64,000 bases of DNA from an uncultured Actinomycetes bacterium (GTDB lineage Bacteria; Actinomycetota; Thermoleophilia; Gaiellales; JAICJC01). The stretch spans positions 309,715-373,714 of the forward strand of contig CAVSVU010000016.1 of assembly GCA_963731515.1 (NCBI GenBank). The letters run 5' to 3'. The notes beneath the pieces are model-generated. The model searched no databases. It was not told the origin of the DNA and saw only the letters and a program-made list of their open reading frames with translations. Below, one piece after another: positions 38,775 through 46,898 of this stretch. The translations under genes and the position numbers were made by a program. Position 1 is the first letter of the stretch; each line of letters starts with the position of its first letter.

Positions 38775-39965
38775 CTAGGCCCGAATGTGGCCGTCGCCGT
38801 GCACGACGTACTTCGTCGTCGTCAGCTCCTCCAGCCCGACCGGGCCGCGCGCGTGCAGCCGGTTCGTGGAGTTGCCGATCTCGGCGCCCATGCCGTACTC
38901 GCCGCCGTCCGTGAAGCGGGTGGAGGCGTTCACGTAGACCGCGGCGGCGTCGACCTCGCTGCAGAACCGGGCCGCCGCGGCCTCGTCCTCGGTGACGATC
39001 GCCTCGGAGTGGCCGGTGCCGTAGCGGTTGATGTGCTCGATCGCCTCGTCGAGCGAGTCGACCGTGCCGACGGCCATCTTCATGTCGAGGAACTCGGTGG
39101 CGAAGGCCTCGTCGCTCTCGGCCAGCTCGACGCCGGCGGACTCGAGCTCGGCCGAGATCCGCCGCAGCAGCTCGGGGCGGTCGCGATGGACGAGCAGCGT
39201 CTCCGCCGCATTGCACACCCCCGGCCGCTGCACCTTGGCGTTCAGGGCGATGGCGACGGCGCGGTCGGCGTCGGCCGCCGCGTCGACGTAGACGTGGCAG
39301 TTCCCGCCCGCGGCGGCCAGCACCGGAATGCGCGACTCGCGCAGCAGCATCTTCTTCAGCTCCTCGCCGCCGCGGGGGATGACGACGTCGGCCGTCGCCG
39401 GATCCGCGATCAGCGCGGCCAGCTCGTCGTGCCCGCCCTCGACGGCCGTCACGGCGTCGGCCGGCAGCCCCGCGTCGGCGAGCCCGGCGCGGACGACGCC
39501 GGTGAGCACCCGGTTCGTGTTCGCCGCCATCCGCGAGCCGCGCAGGATGCAGGCGTTGGCGGACTTCAGGCACAGCGCCGCGGCGTCGACGGTGACGTTG
39601 GGCCGGGCCTCGTAGACGACCAGCACCACGCCCAGGGGCACGCGCAGCTTGCGGATGCGGATGCCGCTCGGCGGCCGCAGCTCCCGGATGGTCTCGCCGA
39701 CGGGGCTCGGCAGGGCGGCCACGGCGCGGACGGCGCCGGCCAGGGCCGCGACCCGGTCGGGGTCGAGGGCGAGCCGGTCGCGGATCGCCGGCCGCTCGCC
39801 CGCCGCGGCCTCGCCGTCGAGCGCGTTCGCCGCCAGGATCTCGTCGCTCCGCCCCTCGATCCGGAGCGCGATCTGCTCGAGCGCCGCGTCGCGCTCGGCG
39901 ACGCTCGTCGCCGCCAGCCGGCGGGCGGCGCCGCGCACGTCGGGCTTCGCGGGGGCGACGCTCAC
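38775..39965 (-). CDS. proA: glutamate-5-semialdehyde dehydrogenase
   Basis: GTG at 39965 overlaps the proB stop (GTGA). The protein is ProA-like throughout (VYEARPNVTVDAA, IPRGG, NAAETLLVH, NASTRFTDGGEYG). Confidence 0.92.
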   Translation of the reverse strand: MSVAPAKPDVRGAARRLAATSVAERDAALEQIALRIEGRSDEILAANALDGEAAAGERPAIRDRLALDPDRVAALAGAVRAVAALPSPVGETIRELRPPSGIRIRKLRVPLGVVLVVYEARPNVTVDAAALCLKSANACILRGSRMAANTNRVLTGVVRAGLADAGLPADAVTAVEGGHDELAALIADPATADVVIPRGGEELKKMLLRESRIPVLAAAGGNCHVYVDAAADADRAVAIALNAKVQRPGVCNAAETLLVHRDRPELLRRISAELESAGVELAESDEAFATEFLDMKMAVGTVDSLDEAIEHINRYGTGHSEAIVTEDEAAAARFCSEVDAAAVYVNASTRFTDGGEYGMGAEIGNSTNRLHARGPVGLEELTTTKYVVHGDGHIRA

Positions 39966-41053
39966 AGCAGCACCAGATCGTCGCGGCGCACGGCCTCCGG
40001 CAGCCCGCGGCGGCCGGCCGCCCGGGCCAGCTCCGCCGCCTCGTAGCGGCTGACCCCGACCGCGAACGCGCCGCCGTCGGGGCCGACCAGCTCGACCGCG
40101 TCGCCCGCGCTGAAGGTGCCGTCCACGGCCACCAAGCCTACCGGCAGCAGGCTCGTACCCCGCTCGGCCACGGCCTGCCGCGCCCCGTCGTCGCAGACCA
40201 GGCGGCCGCGCACCGGCGTCCCGTGCCGCAGCCACAGCTTGTACGCCGAGGGCAGCTGGTCCGCCGCCGGCAGCCGCGTCCCGGACGCCTCGCCCGCAGC
40301 GGCGGCCGTGACGGCGCCGGCCGCGAGGCCCGAGGCGATGACGGCCTCGACCCCGCCCGAGCTGGCCATCCGGGCCGAGCGCAGCTTGGCCCCGATCCCG
40401 CCCGATCCCCACCCGGACGCCTCCGCGGGTGCCTCCTCGGCGACGGCGTCGACCTGGGCCTGGTCGAGGATCTCCGGGATCAGGCGCGCGTCCGGCCGGG
40501 CTGGGTCACGGTCGTACACGCCGTCGATGTCGGTCAGGAGCACGAGCAGCCGCGCCTGCAGCATCACCGCCACGTGGGCGGCCAGGGCGTCGTTGTCGCC
40601 AAAGGTGATCTCGTCGGTCGCGGTCGAGTCGTTCTCGTTCACGACCGGGACGACGCCCCACGACATCAGCCGCCGCAGCGCCCGGCGGGCGTTCACGTAC
40701 GCGCCCCGGCGGTGGACGTCGGCCTCGGTCAGGAGCACCTGGCCGGTGCGGATGCCGAGGCCGCCGAACGCGCGCTCCCAGTGCAGCTGGAGCAGCGTCT
40801 GCCCGAGCGCCGAGGCGGCCTGCAGGTCGCCCAGCGCGCGGGGGCGGATGGTCTTGCCGAGGTCGCCGATCCCGAGCGCGACCGCCCCCGAGCTGACGAC
40901 GACGACCGGCGTGCCCGATGCGACCAGCTCGGCACACTCGCCCGCGACCCGGGCGAAGGCCGGCAGGCGCGGCCGGCCGGCGTCGTCGACGAGCGTGCTC
41001 GACCCGACCTTGACGACGACGAGCCGGCGCAGGCCGGGCCGCCGGTCAGCCAC
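39962..41053 (-). CDS. proB: glutamate 5-kinase (with PUA domain)
   Basis: C-terminal 363 aa of ORF 39962..41824, from VADRRPGLRRLVVVKVGSS. The start overlaps the argH stop by 8 nt. Confidence 0.9.
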   Translation of the reverse strand: MADRRPGLRRLVVVKVGSSTLVDDAGRPRLPAFARVAGECAELVASGTPVVVVSSGAVALGIGDLGKTIRPRALGDLQAASALGQTLLQLHWERAFGGLGIRTGQVLLTEADVHRRGAYVNARRALRRLMSWGVVPVVNENDSTATDEITFGDNDALAAHVAVMLQARLLVLLTDIDGVYDRDPARPDARLIPEILDQAQVDAVAEEAPAEASGWGSGGIGAKLRSARMASSGGVEAVIASGLAAGAVTAAAAGEASGTRLPAADQLPSAYKLWLRHGTPVRGRLVCDDGARQAVAERGTSLLPVGLVAVDGTFSAGDAVELVGPDGGAFAVGVSRYEAAELARAAGRRGLPEAVRRDDLVLL

Positions 41054-42308
41054 CGGACACCGCCGAGCGCGCCCGCGCGAGCTGCGCGTGCAGGGCCTCC
41101 AGCGGCTGCCGCGCGGCGGCCGCCTCGGCCGCGGTCGGCGAGTCGAACCGCTCGCCCGCGGCGACGCGGCCGGCCACCTCGGCGTGGGCGTGACGGAAGG
41201 GCATACCTTCCTGTACGAGCCGCTCGGCCAGATCGGTTGCCACCGTCGTCCCGTCACCGGCCGCGGCCGCCATCCGCTCGGTGTCGAACGCGAGGCCGGC
41301 GACGCACACGCGCAGCGCCGCGAGCGCCCCCAGCAGGTCGTCGACCTGATCGAAGCAGGCCCGCTTGTCCTCCTGCAGGTCGCGGTTGTACGCCAGCGGA
41401 AGGCCCTTGAGCGTCGCCAGCAGCCCGGCCAGCCGCCCGACGGCCGTGCCGGCCTTGCCCCGCGCCAGCTCGGCCGGGTCGGGGTTCTTCTTCTGCGGCA
41501 TGATCGAGGACCCGGTGGCGGCCGCGTCGTCGAGCTGCGCGAACCCGAACTCCGCCGACGTCCACAGGACGAGCTCCTCGGCGAAGCGGGACAGGTGCAC
41601 GAAGCAGAGGGCGCAGGCGAAGACGAGCTCGGCGCAGTAGTCGCGGTCGGCGACGGCGTCGATCGAGTTCTCGAACCCGGCGGCGAAGCCGAGCTCCTCG
41701 GCCACGGACGCCGGGTCGATCGGCAGGCTCGAGCCCGCGAGCGCCCCGGCCCCCGCCGGGCTCGTGTCGGCGCTCGCCCGCACCGCGGCCAGCCGGACGA
41801 GATCGCGCCGCAGCGCCCAGACATGCGCGGCCAGGTGGTGGCCGAGCCAGACGGGCTGCGCCCGCTGCCCGTGCGTGTAGCCGGGCATGAGCGCCTCGCC
41901 GTCGCGGTCGGCGACGTCCAGCAGCGCGAGGGCCAGCCCGCGCACGCCCTCCGCCAGCCGGTCGCAGGCGTCCTTGGCCCACAGCCGCATCGCGGTCTGC
42001 ACCTGGTCGTTGCGGCTGCGGCCGGCGTGCACCCAGGGGCCGAGGTCGCCCAGCAGCCGCTCGATGGCGGAGTGGACGTCCTCGTCCGTCGCGTCCGGCT
42101 CGATCTCGACGGCCGCGAGCGCGGCGCAGATCTGCTCCGCCTTCTCGGCCGGGATCAGGCCCTGGCGCCCGAGCATGCGCGCATGCGCCGCCGACGCCGC
42201 GAGGTCGAACGGCAGCAGCCGCCGGTCGACCTCGAGCGAGGCGGTGAATGCCAGGACGGCGGGGTCGATTCCGCCGGCCAGCCGTCCGGCCCAGAGCGCG
42301 GAGGTCAC
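41046..42308 (-). CDS. argH: argininosuccinate lyase
   Basis: C-terminal 420 aa of ORF 41046..42992, from VTSALWAGRL. Motifs GSSIMPQKKNPD and RSRNDQV are present. The GTG overlaps the argG stop (GTGA). Confidence 0.93.
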   Translation of the reverse strand: MTSALWAGRLAGGIDPAVLAFTASLEVDRRLLPFDLAASAAHARMLGRQGLIPAEKAEQICAALAAVEIEPDATDEDVHSAIERLLGDLGPWVHAGRSRNDQVQTAMRLWAKDACDRLAEGVRGLALALLDVADRDGEALMPGYTHGQRAQPVWLGHHLAAHVWALRRDLVRLAAVRASADTSPAGAGALAGSSLPIDPASVAEELGFAAGFENSIDAVADRDYCAELVFACALCFVHLSRFAEELVLWTSAEFGFAQLDDAAATGSSIMPQKKNPDPAELARGKAGTAVGRLAGLLATLKGLPLAYNRDLQEDKRACFDQVDDLLGALAALRVCVAGLAFDTERMAAAAGDGTTVATDLAERLVQEGMPFRHAHAEVAGRVAAGERFDSPTAAEAAAARQPLEALHAQLARARSAVSGG

Positions 42309-43528
42309 GCGGGCGCGGTCTCCTTCACCGGCCCGGCCGCCTCCGTCGCGGCGGCCCACGTCTTGGTGGGCAGCGACCACACGTGGATGAAGCCGGCGGC
42401 CGCCCCGTGCTGGAAGCGGTCGCCCTGCTCGTACGTGGCCAGACCGTGGTCGTAGAGCGACGAGCCCGCCTTGCGCCCGATCACCGCGCAGCTGCCGCGG
42501 TACAGGCGCACCCGGGCCGTCCCGCTGACCGCGCCCGCGGCCGTGTCCATGAACGCGGCCATCGCCGCCCGCAGCGGCGAGAACCAGAGGCCGTTGTAGA
42601 CGAGCGTCGCGTACCGGCCGGCCAGCTCCGCCTTGGCGTGGGCGAGGTCGCGCTCGCACACCAGCTCCTCGACGCCCGCGTACGCGGCCATGAGCAGCGC
42701 CGCCGCCGGCGTCTCGTACACCTCGCGGCTCTTGATGCCGACCAGCCGGTTCTCGATCATGTCGATGCGGCCCACCCCATGCGCCCCGGCCAGCGCCGCC
42801 GCCCGGGCGATCAGATCGACGAGGCCGAGGCGCTCGCCGTCGATCGCGACCGGGATGCCGGCCTCGAACTCGACCTCCACCTCGTGCGGCGCGGCGAACG
42901 CCCGCTCGGGCGCCATCGTCAGCGCGTACGCCTCCTCGGGCGGCTCGAGCCACGGGTCCTCGAGCGGGCCGGCCTCGATCGAGCGGCCCCACAGGTTGTG
43001 GTCGATCGAGTACGCCGCGCCGGACTTCACCGGCACCTCGATGCCGTGCTCGTGCGCGTAGGCGATCTCCTGCTCGCGGGTCATGCCCCAGTCGCGCACC
43101 GGTGCGAGCACCGCCAGGTCGGGGGCGAGCGCGGCCACCGCCGTCTCGAACCGCACCTGGTCGTTGCCCTTGCCCGTGCAGCCGTGGGCGACCGCGGTGG
43201 CGCCGTGCTCGCGGGCGACGCGCACCAGCCAGCGCGCGATCAGCGGCCGCGAGAGCGCGGACACGAGCGGGTAGCGGCCCTCGTAGAGCGCGCCCGCCTG
43301 CAGCACCGGGAGGACGTACTCGGCGGCGAACTCGTCCCGCGCGTCGGCGATGACGACCTCGCTCGCGCCGGCCGCACGTGCACGCCGGTCGACCTGCTCC
43401 GCGTCGATGCCCTGCCCGACGTCGACGAGCAGCGCCACGACCTCGGCGCCGTACTCGTCGGCCAGCCAGCGCAGCGCCACCGACGTGTCGAGACCTCCCG
43501 AATATGCGAGCACGATCTTCTCAGCCAC
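42305..43528 (-). CDS. argG: argininosuccinate synthase
   Basis: C-terminal 407 aa of ORF 42305..44335, from VAEKIVLAYSGGLDTS, preceded by AGGAAGGA. Confidence 0.93.
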   Translation of the reverse strand: MAEKIVLAYSGGLDTSVALRWLADEYGAEVVALLVDVGQGIDAEQVDRRARAAGASEVVIADARDEFAAEYVLPVLQAGALYEGRYPLVSALSRPLIARWLVRVAREHGATAVAHGCTGKGNDQVRFETAVAALAPDLAVLAPVRDWGMTREQEIAYAHEHGIEVPVKSGAAYSIDHNLWGRSIEAGPLEDPWLEPPEEAYALTMAPERAFAAPHEVEVEFEAGIPVAIDGERLGLVDLIARAAALAGAHGVGRIDMIENRLVGIKSREVYETPAAALLMAAYAGVEELVCERDLAHAKAELAGRYATLVYNGLWFSPLRAAMAAFMDTAAGAVSGTARVRLYRGSCAVIGRKAGSSLYDHGLATYEQGDRFQHGAAAGFIHVWSLPTKTWAAATEAAGPVKETAPA

Positions 43529-43545
43529 AGCTCCGTCCTTCCTGT

Positions 43546-44496
43546 CTACACGATCATGGCCAGCAGCGCCTTCTGGGCGTGCAGCCGGTTCTCCGCCTCG
43601 TCCCATACCGCCGAGCTCTCCCCCCAGAGCACGTCCTCCGTGATCTCCTCGCCGCAGTGCGCCGGCAGGCAGTGCAGGACGACATGCCCGGGTGCGGCGT
43701 GCCGCAGCAGCCGCGCGTTCACCTGGTACGGCCCGAGGGCGGCCAGGCGCGCGTCGCGCTCGTCCTCCTGGCCCATGCTCGTGAACGTGTCCGTGACGAC
43801 CGCGTCGGCGCCCGCGACGGCGACGGCCGGGTCGTCGACGACCTCGACGGCGTCGGCCGCGGCCCCGAGCTCGTCGGCGAACGGCTCGTAGCCGTCGGGG
43901 GCCGCCACGACGACCTCCATCCCCATCGCCACCGCGGCCGCGGCCAGCGAATGGCACACGTTCGAGCTGCCGTCGCCCACCCACGCCAGCCGGCGGCCGG
44001 TCAGGTCGCCGAGCCGCTCGCGCAGCACCTGCAGGTCGGCCAGCGCCTGGCAGGGGTGGTGCTCGTCGGTCAGCCCGTTGATGACGGGCACCGACGCGGC
44101 CGCGGCCAGCTCCTCCACCCGCGCGTGGGCGTGGGTGCGGATCACGATCGCGTCGAGGTAGCGCGAGAGCACGGCGCCGGTGTCGGCGATCGGCTCGCCC
44201 CGCCCGAGCTGGCTCTCGCCCGCCGACAGGTGGACGGCGTGGCCGCCCAGCTGCACCATCCCGACCTCGAACGAGACCCGGGTGCGGGTGGACGGCTTCT
44301 CGAAGATCATGCCCAGCGTCCGGCCGGCCAGCCACGAATGCGGCAGCCGCCGGGCCTGGAGCGCCTTCAGGTGGTCGGCCAGGTCGAGGACGGCCTCGAT
44401 CGCGGCGCCGTTCAGGTCGTCGCTGCGCAGGAAGTCGTGCCCCTTGAGGCCGGCAGCGGAGAGCGGCGAGTCCAGGGTGGGGTCATGCGTGAGCAT
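43546..44496 (-). CDS. argF: ornithine carbamoyltransferase
   Basis: 316 aa from MLTHDPTLDS within ORF 43546..44754. Motifs FEKPSTRTR and HCLPA are present. Confidence 0.92.
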   Translation of the reverse strand: MLTHDPTLDSPLSAAGLKGHDFLRSDDLNGAAIEAVLDLADHLKALQARRLPHSWLAGRTLGMIFEKPSTRTRVSFEVGMVQLGGHAVHLSAGESQLGRGEPIADTGAVLSRYLDAIVIRTHAHARVEELAAAASVPVINGLTDEHHPCQALADLQVLRERLGDLTGRRLAWVGDGSSNVCHSLAAAAVAMGMEVVVAAPDGYEPFADELGAAADAVEVVDDPAVAVAGADAVVTDTFTSMGQEDERDARLAALGPYQVNARLLRHAAPGHVVLHCLPAHCGEEITEDVLWGESSAVWDEAENRLHAQKALLAMIV

Positions 44497-44947
44497 GTGC
44501 CGCCTCCGTGCCGATCCGGTCGCACAGCTCGAGCACGTCCGCGCCGGTGTAGGGCTCCCGCGCGACCACGAGCACGACGTCGTCGCCCGCCACGGTCCCC
44601 GCCACCTCCGGCAGGTCGGCGACGTCGAACGCCCGCGCGACCGGCATCGCGTTCGCGGGGGCGGTCTTGAGGACGGCCAGGTTGCCCGACGGCTCCATCG
44701 CCCGGACGAGCAGCAGCGCCGCGCGCAGCCGCTCGATCGGATCGGCCGGCTCATCCTCGGCGGGCAGGGCGTAGACGAGCTGGCCGTCCCTGCGCACCCG
44801 CACGGCGCCGAGCCGCTCGAGATCGCGCGACACGGTCGCCTGGGTCACGTGCACACCCTGGTCGGCGAGGAGCGAGACGAGCTGGGGCTGCGACGTGACC
44901 GGAAACCGGTCGAGCAGCGACGAGATGAGCCGGCGGCGATCGGGCAT
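44483..44947 (-). CDS. argR: arginine repressor
   Basis: ORF 44483..44962 (ATG at 44947, or GTG at 44962). It has a winged-helix N-terminus (SQPQLVSLLADQGVHVTQATVSRDL) and an ArgR C-terminal domain. It overlaps the argF start by 14 nt. Confidence 0.85.
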   Translation of the reverse strand: MPDRRRLISSLLDRFPVTSQPQLVSLLADQGVHVTQATVSRDLERLGAVRVRRDGQLVYALPAEDEPADPIERLRAALLLVRAMEPSGNLAVLKTAPANAMPVARAFDVADLPEVAGTVAGDDVVLVVAREPYTGADVLELCDRIGTEAAHAHA

Positions 44948-44981
44948 TGCATGACCATACACAAGATCGGATGTTCATGCA
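44946..44981. promoter_or_regulatory. inverted repeat TTGCATGA-N20-TCATGCAA spanning the hisA stop and argR start (ARG-box-like candidate)
   Basis: Perfect 8-bp arms in an AT-richer patch. TGCAT/ATGCA cores recall Gram-positive ARG boxes. The repeat could equally form an RNA hairpin. Confidence 0.35.
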
Positions 44982-45661
44982 AAGGAGATCGAGCCGTCGA
45001 GCAGCGCCCGGCCGACGACCACCGCGTCCGCGCCGGCCGCGACGGCGGCCCCGACGTCCGCGGCCGAGCCGACGCCGCCCGCCGCCAGCAGCAGGCCGGG
45101 GACGCCCGGCCGCACCGCCGCGATCAGCTCCAGGTCCGGCCCCCGCCCGGTGCCGTCGCGGTCGATCCCGGTCACGAGGAAGTCGCGCGCGCCCGCGCCG
45201 GCCAGGCGGGCGACGAACGCCGCCGGGTCGACGCCGGCGTCCTCGAGCCACCCGTGCGTGCGCACCCGGCCGTCGCGGCAGTCGAGCGCGACGACGATCC
45301 GGCCCGTCTCGGCGGCCAGCCCGCCCACCAGGTCGGGCTCGGCGGCGGCGAGCGTGCCGACGATGACACGGTCGGCGACGTCGGCGAGCGCGGCCCGGAC
45401 GTCGGCCTCGCCGCGCAGGCCGCCGCCGACCTGGATCCGCAGGCCGGGGACGGCGCGCAGCTCGCGCAGCAGCCGGGCGTGCGCGGGCGAGCGCGTCCCC
45501 GACCGGGCGGCGTCGAGGTCGACCACGTGCAGCCACGGCGCGCCCGCCTCGGCGTATGCGCGGGCCAGCGCCGCAGGCTCGTCCGGGTAGGCGGTCACGC
45601 GGTCGTAGCGGCCCTGCTCCAGCCGCACGACCCGGCCGTCGAGGAGGTCGACCGCGGGCAC
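44975..45661 (-). CDS. hisA: ProFAR isomerase (HisA, possibly PriA-type)
   Basis: ORF 44975..45709, trimmed to the GTG giving VPAVDLLDGRVVRLEQG. The protein has a (beta/alpha)8 HisA pattern throughout. Confidence 0.85.
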   Translation of the reverse strand: MPAVDLLDGRVVRLEQGRYDRVTAYPDEPAALARAYAEAGAPWLHVVDLDAARSGTRSPAHARLLRELRAVPGLRIQVGGGLRGEADVRAALADVADRVIVGTLAAAEPDLVGGLAAETGRIVVALDCRDGRVRTHGWLEDAGVDPAAFVARLAGAGARDFLVTGIDRDGTGRGPDLELIAAVRPGVPGLLLAAGGVGSAADVGAAVAAGADAVVVGRALLDGSISFA

Positions 45662-45702
45662 GGCCCGGCCCTCGCGCAGGTCGATCGCACCCTGTCCTCG
45701 TG

Positions 45703-45717
45703 TTAGCATGCTAAAAT
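45703..45717. promoter_or_regulatory. perfect 12-bp palindrome TTAGCATGCTAA overlapping an extended -10 (TGCTAAAAT), candidate operator/promoter for the his genes
   Basis: It lies in the 65-bp divergent hisA/yerC-like intergenic region. The TAAAAT ends 9 nt before the ATG at 45727, implying a near-leaderless mRNA. Confidence 0.45.
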
Positions 45718-45726
45718 GGTACCACG

Positions 45727-46041
45727 ATGACGAACGGCGCCCCGCCCTCCGCCTCCGACTGGCGCACGCCCGAGGTCGACGACCTCTGCGACGCGCTGCT
45801 CGGCCTGCGCTCCCGCGACGAGGTGGCCGCGTTCCTGCGCGACGTCTGCTCGCTGCACGAGCTCGAGGTGCTCTCGCACCGCTGGCACGCCGCCCGCCTG
45901 CTCGACCAGGGCGTCCCCTACGCCCAGGTCGCCCAGCGCGTGCACGGCTCGACCACCACCGTCACCCGCGTCGCGCACTGGCTGCGCCACGGCGAGGGCG
46001 GCTACCGGCTCGTCCTCGACCGCAGGGCGCGGCGGCGATGA
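45727..46041 (+). CDS. YerC/YecD family TrpR-like DNA-binding protein (candidate histidine regulator)
   Basis: ORF 45727..46041. It aligns by eye with B. subtilis YerC (..DEVAAFLRDVCSLHELEVLSHRWHAARLL..GSTTTVTRV..). The stop overlaps the hisG ATG (ATGA). Confidence 0.85.
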   Translation: MTNGAPPSASDWRTPEVDDLCDALLGLRSRDEVAAFLRDVCSLHELEVLSHRWHAARLLDQGVPYAQVAQRVHGSTTTVTRVAHWLRHGEGGYRLVLDRRARRR

Positions 46042-46898
46042 GCCGGCGATTCCGCCTCGCGCTGCCGTCCAAGGGCCGCCTCCACGACCCCGTGCTCGAC
46101 CTCGTCCGCGCGGCCGGGTTCGAGCTCGAGGGCAACGGCCGCGCCCTCTACGCCCAGTGCTCGCAGTGGGACGTCGAGGTGCTCTTCACCCGGGCCGAGG
46201 ACATGCCCGCCTGGGCCGTCGACGGCGCCGTCGAGGCGGCCGTCGCCGGGCGCGACCAGGTGCTCGAGGGCGGCGCCGAGCTGGAGGAGCTCGTGCCGCT
46301 CGGATTCGGCCGCTGCTCGCTCCAGGTGGCGGTCCCGGCGACGGACGGCGTCGAGACGGTGGCCGAGCTCGACGGCGGCCGGGTGGCGACGTCGCACCCC
46401 CGCATCACGGCCGACTACTTCTCGCGCCGGGGGATGCGGGTCGAGACGGTGGCCGTCCGCGGCTCCGTCGAGCTGGCGCCGCGGCTCGATGCGGCCGAGG
46501 CCGTCTGCGACCTCGTCCAGAGCGGCGAGACGCTGCGCCAGAACGGCCTGCGGCCGATCGCCACCGTGCTCGAGTCCGAGGCGGTGCTGGTCGCGCGGCC
46601 CGACCTGGACGACGAGCAGCGCCGCGTCGCCGACGAGATCGCGACCGTCGTTCGCAGCGTGATCGACGCCCGCAGCCGCCGCTACCTGATGCTGAACGCG
46701 CCCGACGACTCGCTGGACGCGATCGTCGACCTCCTGCCCGGCCTCGACTCGCCGACGGTCCTCCCGCTGGCGCGGCCGGGGTGGCACTCCGTCCACGCGG
46801 TCGTCGAGCGGCGCCAGGTGATGGAGCTGCTCGCGCCGCTGCGCCAGGCCGGCGCGCGGTCGCTGCTCGTGCTCCCGATCCACCACCTGATCCCGTGA
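46038..46898 (+). CDS. hisG: ATP phosphoribosyltransferase (long form)
   Basis: ATG at 46038 within ORF 45708..46898 (MSRRFRLALPSKGRL..). At 286 aa it includes the C-terminal regulatory domain. Confidence 0.9.
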   Translation: MSRRFRLALPSKGRLHDPVLDLVRAAGFELEGNGRALYAQCSQWDVEVLFTRAEDMPAWAVDGAVEAAVAGRDQVLEGGAELEELVPLGFGRCSLQVAVPATDGVETVAELDGGRVATSHPRITADYFSRRGMRVETVAVRGSVELAPRLDAAEAVCDLVQSGETLRQNGLRPIATVLESEAVLVARPDLDDEQRRVADEIATVVRSVIDARSRRYLMLNAPDDSLDAIVDLLPGLDSPTVLPLARPGWHSVHAVVERRQVMELLAPLRQAGARSLLVLPIHHLIP

